A stretch of DNA of 64,000 nucleotides from Rhodoluna sp. (lineage in GTDB: Bacteria; Actinomycetota; Actinomycetes; Actinomycetales; Microbacteriaceae). The notes under the pieces were generated by a model, which searched no databases, was not told where the DNA came from, and saw only the letters and a list, made by a program, of their open reading frames with translations. Shown here piece after piece: positions 56,563 through 64,000 of this stretch. Position 1 is the stretch's first letter. The number at the start of each line of letters is the position of its first letter. The position numbers and the translations under genes are program-made. The stretch lies in NCBI GenBank assembly GCA_024641095.1, contig JAHEDR010000001.1, forward strand, positions 196,387 through 260,386. The letters run 5' to 3'.

Positions 56563-57617
56563 TTGTTGGCAATGGACTGAACCAGTCGTCTAAGTGAATC
56601 AACTCGCGCGGCACCGCTTGCACCCAGTGCTCCAGATTCAATTGCTTCATCAAGCGCGCAGTCGGGGGAGTCCAAAAGGTGTGAGCAGTCGCGTGGGCAA
56701 GTTTCAATAACCTGCCACAGATCTTCAAACGACTTCAAAAGGTTTTCTGGCTTCACGTGACCCAAGCCAAAAGATCTCACTCCAGGAGTGTCAATGATCC
56801 AGCCGCCCTTGAAGCTCTCATCCAATTTGATTGCTCTTACCGACGACGAGGTGTGGCGACCGCGACCGGTAACCACATTCACTCCGCCGGTGGCACGCAT
56901 GGCGTGAGGTGCAAGTGAATTAACCAGGGTGGATTTACCAACCCCTGAGTGGCCAACAAACACCGATGTCTGCCCGGCGAGCAAGTCACGTAGCTGTGGA
57001 AGTGCCGGTTTGTCGGAGCGGTTTAAAACCACCGGAATGCTCAAGCCTTCAAAGTTGGCTAGGAATTCATCGGGGTTAGCAAGATCTGTTTTGGTAATTA
57101 CCAAGATTGGCTTTAGGCCTGCGTCGTAGGCGGCAGCCAGATAGCGGTCAATCAAGCGAGTGCGTGGCTCTGGGTTTGCAATGGCAACCACAATCACCAT
57201 CTGCGTTGCGTTGGCAACAATTACTCGTTCAACCTGATCAGAGTCATCGGCGCTTCGGCGAAGCAGCGAGGTGCGTGGCTCAAGACGAACCACGCGGGCA
57301 AGCGCACCCTCGGTTTCGGTGATGTCGCCGGTCAGTGCAACTCGGTCACCAACCACGGCACCAACTTTGCGAAGTTCTTTACCCATGGTTGCATTAACAA
57401 CTCGGTCTTCGTCATCAAGCAAGACTCGGTAGCGGCCAACATCAACACCAATCACCATCCCAAGTGGGGCATCGGTGTATTCAGGTCGTTTCTTGGTGCG
57501 AGGTTTATTGCCTTTTGGGTTTGGGCGAATACGCACGTCAGTTTCGTCTAGGTCGTTTTGACCCGGATCTGGCTCGTAAAGCCAACTCAAGCGTTGCGCC
57601 CCAACATGTTCAGCCAA
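56550..57617 (-). CDS. rsgA: ribosome small subunit-dependent GTPase A
   Basis: Circularly permuted GTPase (VITKTDL ... GHSGVGKSTLVN) with a C-terminal zinc-finger-like C..C.H....C segment. It overlaps the aroA 3' end by 31 nt if the ATG at 57617 is used. Confidence 0.9.
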   Translation of the reverse strand: MAEHVGAQRLSWLYEPDPGQNDLDETDVRIRPNPKGNKPRTKKRPEYTDAPLGMVIGVDVGRYRVLLDDEDRVVNATMGKELRKVGAVVGDRVALTGDITETEGALARVVRLEPRTSLLRRSADDSDQVERVIVANATQMVIVVAIANPEPRTRLIDRYLAAAYDAGLKPILVITKTDLANPDEFLANFEGLSIPVVLNRSDKPALPQLRDLLAGQTSVFVGHSGVGKSTLVNSLAPHAMRATGGVNVVTGRGRHTSSSVRAIKLDESFKGGWIIDTPGVRSFGLGHVKPENLLKSFEDLWQVIETCPRDCSHLLDSPDCALDEAIESGALGASGAARVDSLRRLVQSIANNSVE

Positions 57618-58909
57618 AGCTTGTCAAAGTCAGGCATTGTTTTTGAAGTTGTGGTGATGTCTTCAATTGCAATGCCAGGAACGCGAAGACCAATGATTGC
57701 ACCGGCAGTTGCCATGCGGTGATCTTCATAGGTTTGCCAAACCGCACCGTGCAAGTTTTCACTTGGGTCAATCTCAAGACCATCTGCGGTTTCGCGCGCA
57801 ATTCCACCAATGCGGTTAATTTCTGCTGCAAGTGCGGCAAGACGGTCTGTCTCGTGACCGCGCAGGTGAGCAACTCCGCGAATCACAGTTGGTGAATCGG
57901 CAATTGCAGCAAGTGCGGCAATCACCGGAGTTAGTTCGCCACCAATTGAAAGATCAATATCAATTCCGTGAATCTGCCCACTGCCTTCAATAAGAAGTCC
58001 GCCGTTTTCACGCGAAATCTTTGCGCCCATTTGCTGCAGAATTCCGTCAAACTCGTCGCCAACCTGAGTAGTTGAATCTGGCCAGCCTTCAATAAAAACT
58101 TTTCCGCCGGCAACCATTGCCGCTGCCAAGAAAGGGCCAGCGTTTGAAAGGTCTGGTTCAATCGCAACGACATTTGTTGAGCCGTGGCCACCAGCAATCG
58201 GGCCTGGCTCTACACGCCACACGGCTTCTGCTGGAGTAGAAACTTTTACACCGCGCTTACGTAGGCAATCAAGAGTCATTTCAATGTGCGGCATTGAAGG
58301 TAGGTGCTCTCCCTCGTGACGCAGGGTCAAACCATTTTCGTATCTTGCTGCAGCTAACAACAAACCCGATACAAACTGACTCGAAGCTGAAGCATCAATT
58401 GTGATTTCTCCGCCGGCAACTTTCCCGTTGCCGTGCACGGTGAATGGCAAAGCGGCCGCGCCTTCATCGGTCACAGTCACGCCAAGTGCACGAAGACTTT
58501 GGATTGTGGTGTGCATTGGGCGGCGCCTTGCACCTTCGTCGCCGTCAAACTTCACGTCACCATTTGCCAACACGGCAATCGGAGGCACAAAGCGCATCAC
58601 GGTTCCGGCAAGGCCGCAATCAATCGTGGCCGAGCGGTCAAATGGGGCAGGGGTCACCAAGATGCTGCCATCGGTGTTTTCTTGAATTCCGGTGCCAAGG
58701 CTGCGAAGGGCCTCAATCATTAGGGCGCTGTCGCGAGACTTCAGGGTGCCGGTAAGCAGGGTTGGTTCGCTGGCTAGGGCCGACAGAGCCAGTTCGCGGT
58801 TGTTCAATGACTTAGAGCCAGGCAGCGAGATAGCGGCTTCAAGCGGGCCAGAGGCCACGGGCGCAGGCCAGTTCTTAGGCTGAGTCTGGGAATAGGTCTG
58901 CTTAGTCAT
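57587..58909 (-). CDS. aroA: 3-phosphoshikimate 1-carboxyvinyltransferase (EPSP synthase)
   Basis: LPGSKS..NR, GLAGT..RF and DHRMA motifs. Confidence 0.95.
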   Translation of the reverse strand: MTKQTYSQTQPKNWPAPVASGPLEAAISLPGSKSLNNRELALSALASEPTLLTGTLKSRDSALMIEALRSLGTGIQENTDGSILVTPAPFDRSATIDCGLAGTVMRFVPPIAVLANGDVKFDGDEGARRRPMHTTIQSLRALGVTVTDEGAAALPFTVHGNGKVAGGEITIDASASSQFVSGLLLAAARYENGLTLRHEGEHLPSMPHIEMTLDCLRKRGVKVSTPAEAVWRVEPGPIAGGHGSTNVVAIEPDLSNAGPFLAAAMVAGGKVFIEGWPDSTTQVGDEFDGILQQMGAKISRENGGLLIEGSGQIHGIDIDLSIGGELTPVIAALAAIADSPTVIRGVAHLRGHETDRLAALAAEINRIGGIARETADGLEIDPSENLHGAVWQTYEDHRMATAGAIIGLRVPGIAIEDITTTSKTMPDFDKLWLNMLGRNA

Positions 58910-59011
58910 TGGTTCAAGGTTACTATGTCGCCTTTTGTAGCTTCTGGTTCGCCTCTTGGAGGCGCTTTGGCGGGTGCCGCGCGAGCGGCGTCACGGCTAA
59001 ACTCAAAACAG

Positions 59012-59623
59012 ATGAAGACCACAGCAGAGCAGGCCAAACAGGCTCAAATTCAAGAATTTGAGCAGCAAGCCTTGCCGCTTATGCCTCAGCTATACGGTGC
59101 CGCAATGCGCTGGACCCGCAACCCATCAGATGCCGAAGACCTGGTTCAAGAAACTTTTGCCAAGGCCTTTGTTGCTTGGGCTCAGTATCAGCAGGGAACC
59201 AACCTCAAGGCTTGGCTCTACCGCATCATGACCAACACGCACATCAACATGTATAACAAGCGTGCCAAAGATCAGGCCAAGGGTGGCCTAGACGAACTTG
59301 AGGACTGGCAGCTTGGTTCTGCCGAGTCGGTAACTGCACTTTCAACACGATCTGCCGAACTTGAGGCAATCGACAACCTACCTTCTGAAACCATCAAGCA
59401 GGCTCTGCACGATATTCCAGAAGAATTTCGCATGGTGGTTTACTACGCGGTGGTTGATGGACTTCCATATTCGGAAATTGCCGAAATCATGGATACCCCG
59501 GTTGGAACGGTAATGAGCCGTTTGCACCGCGGAAAGAAATTGCTAAAGAAATTACTTGCTGACTACGCACGCCAAGAGGGCTACGACGTTTCAGAAGTTG
59601 CCACAGGGAGTGCAAATGCCTGA
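59012..59623 (+). CDS. sigH: ECF-type RNA polymerase sigma factor (SigH/SigR-like)
   Basis: Region 2 ([13 protein letters not shown]......W.....[10 protein letters not shown]) and region 4 ([20 protein letters not shown]), followed by a ZAS anti-sigma gene. The ORF is open from 58925, and I prefer the ATG at 59012 only weakly. Confidence 0.85.
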   Translation: MKTTAEQAKQAQIQEFEQQALPLMPQLYGAAMRWTRNPSDAEDLVQETFAKAFVAWAQYQQGTNLKAWLYRIMTNTHINMYNKRAKDQAKGGLDELEDWQLGSAESVTALSTRSAELEAIDNLPSETIKQALHDIPEEFRMVVYYAVVDGLPYSEIAEIMDTPVGTVMSRLHRGKKLLKKLLADYARQEGYDVSEVATGSANA

Positions 59624-59864
59624 GTTTGATTGCCAAGAGACTAAGCGTCACGTGCACGAGTTTTTGCACAACGAGCTTTCTGAAGCGGAGATTGTTGAGA
59701 TCACCGCGCACCTTGCCAACTGCGACAGCTGTGAAGGTGACTACGACGTTGAGAATGTTCTAAACAATGTAATCAGTCGTGCTTGCGCAGACATGCCGCC
59801 GCAGGATCTTGCAGACGCCATCATGAATCGCGTTCGCGAAATTCAAAACGGAGTCGCACACTAG
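59616..59864 (+). CDS. rshA: zinc-associated (ZAS) anti-sigma factor, RshA/RsrA-like
   Basis: 82 aa. [21 protein letters not shown] ... HLANCDSC gives the Hx3Cx2C motif plus an upstream Cys. The ATG overlaps the sigma factor stop (ATGCCTGA). Confidence 0.8.
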   Translation: MPEFDCQETKRHVHEFLHNELSEAEIVEITAHLANCDSCEGDYDVENVLNNVISRACADMPPQDLADAIMNRVREIQNGVAH

Positions 59865-59875
59865 AACTTAAATAG

Positions 59876-59906
59876 AAAATCCGCACTCAAGGGTGCGGAT
59901 TTTTTT
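59876..59906. terminator. Bidirectional rho-independent terminator
   Basis: AAAA-TCCGCAC-TCAAGG-GTGCGGA-TTTTTTT. The T-tract overlaps the stop codon of the convergent SGNH gene. Confidence 0.85.
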
Positions 59907-60516
59907 ATTCTGGTGCCGGTATCTCTAGCCATTCATACCAACCGCGGTTTAGGACCAACCACGCGATAAGTCCGTGACCAATTTGACCTGGAAGCCCGTG
60001 TTCCGAAGTGTCTATCTCCAGGTTCCAGCCCTCGTGTTCAACCAGCGGTCTGAAGCAATCCACAAAAGGTATTCCTCGACGGTCGGCAACATCCTCAAAG
60101 CCCGATGCCAAGTGTTCCACTTCGGAATTTAATTCAGAGTTTCGGTGTGGGGTAGGGCCTACCAAAAATGTTTCAATGCCGGCACGTTTTGCCTCGTCAA
60201 TTATGGTGGCAATGTTTAGGCGACTTCTAGAAATAGAAATACCTGCTGCCGGGTCGTGATTGCTTAGTGCAATCACCAACTTGTTTTCGGTTTCGGCGCT
60301 GAAGCGGCGCTGAACTTCTGACTGCCAACGCTCGGCAAGCATGCTCGTGGTTTCATCGGGTGCAGGTAGTGCAAAGAATTCAATGCGTGGGTCAACCGAA
60401 GGAGTTTTCGAAACTACTCGTCCAACCCAACCCATGCCTTTAGGGTCGCCGGCTGCAGAGATTATGGCATCGCCCAAAATCACGATGCGCACGTCGCGCC
60501 TAGCTACCGGTTGCAT
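59905..60516 (-). CDS. SGNH/GDSL hydrolase-fold protein (block I reads GDA, not GDS)
   Basis: VRIVILGDAIISAAGDP at the N-terminus, about 200 aa, with the overall SGNH layout. The start overlaps the kgd stop region (TAATG). Confidence 0.65.
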   Translation of the reverse strand: MQPVARRDVRIVILGDAIISAAGDPKGMGWVGRVVSKTPSVDPRIEFFALPAPDETTSMLAERWQSEVQRRFSAETENKLVIALSNHDPAAGISISRSRLNIATIIDEAKRAGIETFLVGPTPHRNSELNSEVEHLASGFEDVADRRGIPFVDCFRPLVEHEGWNLEIDTSEHGLPGQIGHGLIAWLVLNRGWYEWLEIPAPE

Positions 60517-60518
60517 TA

Positions 60519-63500
60519 CTAGATCGAGAACGCGCGCTCAACGAGGTCTGCCTGCTCAACCGCGTGACGCTTGGCTGAACCGGTAGCCGGTGAAGCACTG
60601 GCAGGGCGTGAAACTAGCTTGGCAACCTTGCCGCCCATGTAGCGAGGCAAGAACAAACCAATGTAAGTCCAAGGACCCTGGTTGGCAGGCTCGTCCTGAA
60701 CCCAAACCAATTCAGCATTTGGATACTCGGCGTAGGCTGCCTTGATCTCGTCAACCGGAGTTGGGTAAAGCTGTTCAACGCGAACGATTGCTGTGGTGCC
60801 ATCGTTGCGCTTTTGAGCCTCAGCCAAAAGATCCCAGTAAACCTTGCCTGAACAGAACAGCACGCGCTTGACATTGTTCTTGTCTAGGCCCTGCTCGTCC
60901 TTGATTACTGGCTGGAAGGTGCCATTGGTGAAGTCCTCAACCGATGACGATGCAGCCTTTAGGCGAAGCATTGACTTAGGTGTGAACACAATCAAAGGGC
61001 GCTTAGGGTTTGAGTAAGCCTGGCGACGCAATAGGTGAAAGTGTGATGCTGGAGTCGATGGCTGTGCAACAGTCATGTTGTTTTCAGCACACAACTGTAG
61101 GTAGCGTTCGATTCGAGCAGATGAGTGGTCAGGTCCCTGACCTTCGTAACCGTGAGGAAGAAGTAGTACTACACCTGAGTGCTGGTTCCACTTTTGCTCT
61201 GATGACGAAATGAATTCATCGATGATGGTCTGCGCACCGTTTGCGAAGTCACCAAACTGAGCTTCCCAAAGTACAAGAGCATTTGGGTTCTCGAATGCGT
61301 AGCCGTATTCGTAACCCATCGCCGCGTACTCGCTTAGCAGTGAGTCGTAAATGTAGAACTTGGCTTGGTCTGCAGAAAGGTTGCGCAGTGGCATCCACTC
61401 TTGACCGTTTTCGCGATCGTGGAACACAGCGTGACGCTGAACGAAAGTTCCGCGACGGCTGTCTTGACCAGCCATACGAACAGTCTTGCCTTCTAGCAAT
61501 AGTGAACCAAGAGCAAGCAGCTCACCAAAGCCCCAGTCAATGCCACCCTCGCGGCTCATCTCAACACGCTTGGTAAGTAGCTGCTGCAACTTAGGGTGCA
61601 CGTGGAAACCAGCAGGCTGGTTATCGTGTGCGTTTCCAATCAACGAAACAACATCGCGAGAGATCGCGGTTTCTTTTTCGATGGTTGGGTGGTCGCTGGC
61701 GGTAGTTCCAATACCAACCGGACGGGTTGGTAGGGCAGGAGCCGCAATCATTGCCTCGTGAACTTCGGTGAATGCGCTTTCCAAACGGTTCTGGAAACCG
61801 GCATTTGCCGCATCAAACTCTTCGCGAGTGATGTCGCCACGGCCAACCAAAGACTCAAGGTACAAAGTTCTTACTGAACGCTTTGCCTCAATCAGGTTGT
61901 ACATCAGTGGCTGAGTCATTGACGGGTCATCACCTTCGTTGTGACCGCGACGGCGGTAGCAAACGATGTCAATTACAACGTCCTTCTTAAACTCCTGGCG
62001 GAATTCAAAAGCAAGGCGTGCAACACGAGTCACTGCTTCAGGGTCGTCACCGTTGACGTGGAAGATCGGTGCCTGAATACCCTTGGCAATATCGGTTGAG
62101 TAAACGGTTGAACGTGACTCCATTGGTGGAGTGGTGAAACCAACCTGGTTGTTAATCACAATGTTGATAGTTCCACCGGTCTTGTAACCGCGAAGCTGTG
62201 ACATGTTCAAAACTTCAGGAACAACACCCTGACCAGCAAACGCTGCGTCACCGTGAATGATCACAGGTAGCACTGGGAATTCCTCGGTGATAACTGAATC
62301 GGTGCGGTCAAGCTTTGCTCGAACGATACCTTCCACAACCGGGTTTACCGCTTCAAGGTGTGAAGGGTTGGCGGCAAGTGAAACTCGTACCTGCTTGCCT
62401 TCCATGTTGGTAAAGGTGCCCTCGGTGCCCAGGTGGTACTTAACGTCACCCGATCCTTGAACGGTCTTGGTATCGGTGTTGCCTTCAAACTCCTTGAAGA
62501 CCTGACCGTAAGTCTTGCCGGCAACGTTGGTTAGAACGTTTAGTCGGCCACGGTGAGCCATACCAATAACAACTTCTTGCATGTTTGCGTTTGCAGATTC
62601 CTGCAGAATTTCGTCAAGCGCGGCAATTGTTGATTCGCCACCTTCAAGACTGAAACGCTTTTGACCAACAAACTTGGTCTGCAAGAAAGTCTCAAAAGCT
62701 TCGGCTTCGTTTAGCTTTTCAAGAATGCGCATCTGCTCTTCGCGAGATGGCTTTGCGTATGGGCGTTCAAGTTTGTCCTGGAACCACTTGCGCTGGGCTG
62801 GGTCCTGAATGTGCATGTACTCAACACCAACGGTGCGGCAGTAGCTATCGCGAAGAATCTTGTAGATCTCACGGAACTCCGCCTTTGGCTTGCCGCCAAA
62901 ACCACCGGTCTTGTAGGTGCGGTCAAGGTCCCACAGGCTTAGGCCGTGGTTCAAAATGTCTAGGTCAGGGTGTGAACGCTGCTGGTATTCCAGCGGATCA
63001 ATGTCTGCCATTAGGTGGCCGCGAACACGATAAGCGTTAATCAACTCTTGAATACGAGTTTCCTTGGCACGGTCATCAGTGTCGTTGCGATCAAAGTCGG
63101 TAACCCAACGAACTGGCTCGTAAGGAATGCGTAGGTCAGCAAAAATCTCGTCGTAGAAACCACGCGCACCAAGTAGCAGCTCGTGAACCTTCTTCAAGAA
63201 CTCGCCTGAACCTGCACCCTGAATTACGCGGTGGTCGTAGGTAGAAGTAAGTGTGATGGTCTTGCTAACGCCAAGTTTTGAAAGCTGTGCATCTGAAAGT
63301 CCGGCAAATTCCGCAGGGTAGTCAAGTGCACCTGCACCAACGATGCAGCCCTGACCCTTCATTAGGCGAGGAACCGAGTGCACGGTACCAATTCCACCTG
63401 GGTTGGTTAGTGAAACAGTTGAACCAGCAAAGTCACCAGCGGTCAACTTGTTATCGCGCGCACGCTTAACTAGGTCTTCGTATGCAGTTAGGTACTCAGC

Positions 63501-64000
63501 AAAGTTCAAACGTTGAGCACGCTTAATGTTTGGCACCAAAAGCGCACGAGTGCCATCTTCTTTTGGAATGTCAATTGCCAAACCAAAGTTGATGTGCGCA
63601 GGTTGCACAACAGCTGGGCGACCCTCAATTAGGTCGTAGTAAACGTTCTGGCTTGGAAACTCTTTTAGCGCGCGAATAATAGCGTAGCCAATGATGTGAG
63701 TGAATGAAACTTTTCCGCCACGGGTGCGTGAAAGGTGACTGTTAATCACAATGCGGTTATCAATCAGAAGTTTTGCTGGCACGGTGCGAACCGAGGTAGC
63801 GGTAGGAACTTCAATTGAGGCATCCATGTTGGTTGCCAGGGCCTTTGCCATTCCCTTAAGAATGTTGACCTGGTCTTGTTCTTCTTCAAGCTCGGCAGCA
63901 TCCACAGTGTTGATTAGTCCGGTAACCGGTGCCTGAGCAGGAATTGGCTGAGGCTTAGCCTCAACGCGAGTGGTCTTTGCAACAACCGGTGCGGCTGCCA
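60519..64000 (-). CDS. kgd: multifunctional 2-oxoglutarate metabolism enzyme (E1o with N-terminal E2-like acyltransferase domain), N-terminus outside window
   Basis: Has an E2-type catalytic segment (TYDHRVIQGA), a ThDP motif region (IHGDAAFAGQGVV ... NNQVGFTT) and a transketolase-like C-terminus. The frame stays open from the listed GTG at 63905 to base 64000, so the gene continues past the window. Confidence 0.95.
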   Translation of the reverse strand, partial: AAAPVVAKTTRVEAKPQPIPAQAPVTGLINTVDAAELEEEQDQVNILKGMAKALATNMDASIEVPTATSVRTVPAKLLIDNRIVINSHLSRTRGGKVSFTHIIGYAIIRALKEFPSQNVYYDLIEGRPAVVQPAHINFGLAIDIPKEDGTRALLVPNIKRAQRLNFAEYLTAYEDLVKRARDNKLTAGDFAGSTVSLTNPGGIGTVHSVPRLMKGQGCIVGAGALDYPAEFAGLSDAQLSKLGVSKTITLTSTYDHRVIQGAGSGEFLKKVHELLLGARGFYDEIFADLRIPYEPVRWVTDFDRNDTDDRAKETRIQELINAYRVRGHLMADIDPLEYQQRSHPDLDILNHGLSLWDLDRTYKTGGFGGKPKAEFREIYKILRDSYCRTVGVEYMHIQDPAQRKWFQDKLERPYAKPSREEQMRILEKLNEAEAFETFLQTKFVGQKRFSLEGGESTIAALDEILQESANANMQEVVIGMAHRGRLNVLTNVAGKTYGQVFKEFEGNTDTKTVQGSGDVKYHLGTEGTFTNMEGKQVRVSLAANPSHLEAVNPVVEGIVRAKLDRTDSVITEEFPVLPVIIHGDAAFAGQGVVPEVLNMSQLRGYKTGGTINIVINNQVGFTTPPMESRSTVYSTDIAKGIQAPIFHVNGDDPEAVTRVARLAFEFRQEFKKDVVIDIVCYRRRGHNEGDDPSMTQPLMYNLIEAKRSVRTLYLESLVGRGDITREEFDAANAGFQNRLESAFTEVHEAMIAAPALPTRPVGIGTTASDHPTIEKETAISRDVVSLIGNAHDNQPAGFHVHPKLQQLLTKRVEMSREGGIDWGFGELLALGSLLLEGKTVRMAGQDSRRGTFVQRHAVFHDRENGQEWMPLRNLSADQAKFYIYDSLLSEYAAMGYEYGYAFENPNALVLWEAQFGDFANGAQTIIDEFISSSEQKWNQHSGVVLLLPHGYEGQGPDHSSARIERYLQLCAENNMTVAQPSTPASHFHLLRRQAYSNPKRPLIVFTPKSMLRLKAASSSVEDFTNGTFQPVIKDEQGLDKNNVKRVLFCSGKVYWDLLAEAQKRNDGTTAIVRVEQLYPTPVDEIKAAYAEYPNAELVWVQDEPANQGPWTYIGLFLPRYMGGKVAKLVSRPASASPATGSAKRHAVEQADLVERAFSI

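Noticed and set aside
56507-56728. 73-aa ORF ending in PVLNKPVLNKPVLNK
   Set aside because: It is an off-frame reading of the 15-nt tandem repeat and overlaps the 3' part of rsgA, whose frame carries clear GTPase and zinc-finger motifs.
58925-59011. SigH/SigR-type autoregulatory promoter (GGAA-N18-GTT) upstream of the sigma factor gene
   Set aside because: I could not find the motif in the 58910-59011 region. The region may instead be coding, as an N-terminal extension from the ATG at 58925, so no promoter is claimed.

Overview
This 64-kb window is an almost gap-free stretch of core chromosome from a streamlined, moderate-GC actinobacterium. The taxon call is an inference from gene content and order. 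From memory, the order parallels three Mycobacterium neighbourhoods: pmt-rsmI-metG-tatD-ksgA-ispE / glmU-prs-rplY-pth-mfd-mazG-eno; greA-uppS-phoH2-fum-glpX-xseAB-ispH-ychF; and aroA-rsgA / sigH-rshA / kgd. I call about 70 CDS, 2 tRNA genes, 5 bidirectional intrinsic terminators (one at every convergent gene pair that has a gap) and several small tandem repeats. I saw no rRNA, CRISPR, transposase, integrase, phage genes or recognisable defence system. Packing is very tight. metG-tatD-rsmA-orf-ispE-ABC-F form a chain with 0 to 10 nt overlaps, several convergent pairs abut or overlap, and both edge genes are truncated by the window. All family names come from motif recognition by eye; no search was run. 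The observations most worth follow-up are: (1) a stand-alone 19-codon Cys-rich sORF (MTEISMTDGCCGGSCQCKK) with its own near-consensus promoter, SD and terminator at 52794-52923, which the ORF track cannot show. (2) A structurally canonical 76-nt tRNA at 31440-31515 that carries the Leu anticodon UAA on a class I body with no long variable arm. (3) A recurring architecture in which the last 5-7 codons plus the stop codon of a gene are present as three in-frame tandem copies (ilvA, uppS, rsgA). (4) A Lys/Ala-rich histone-H1-like protein built from hierarchical 15/75-nt repeats. (5) A helicase-family protein whose catalytic motifs look degenerate. The rest of the window is ordinary housekeeping.
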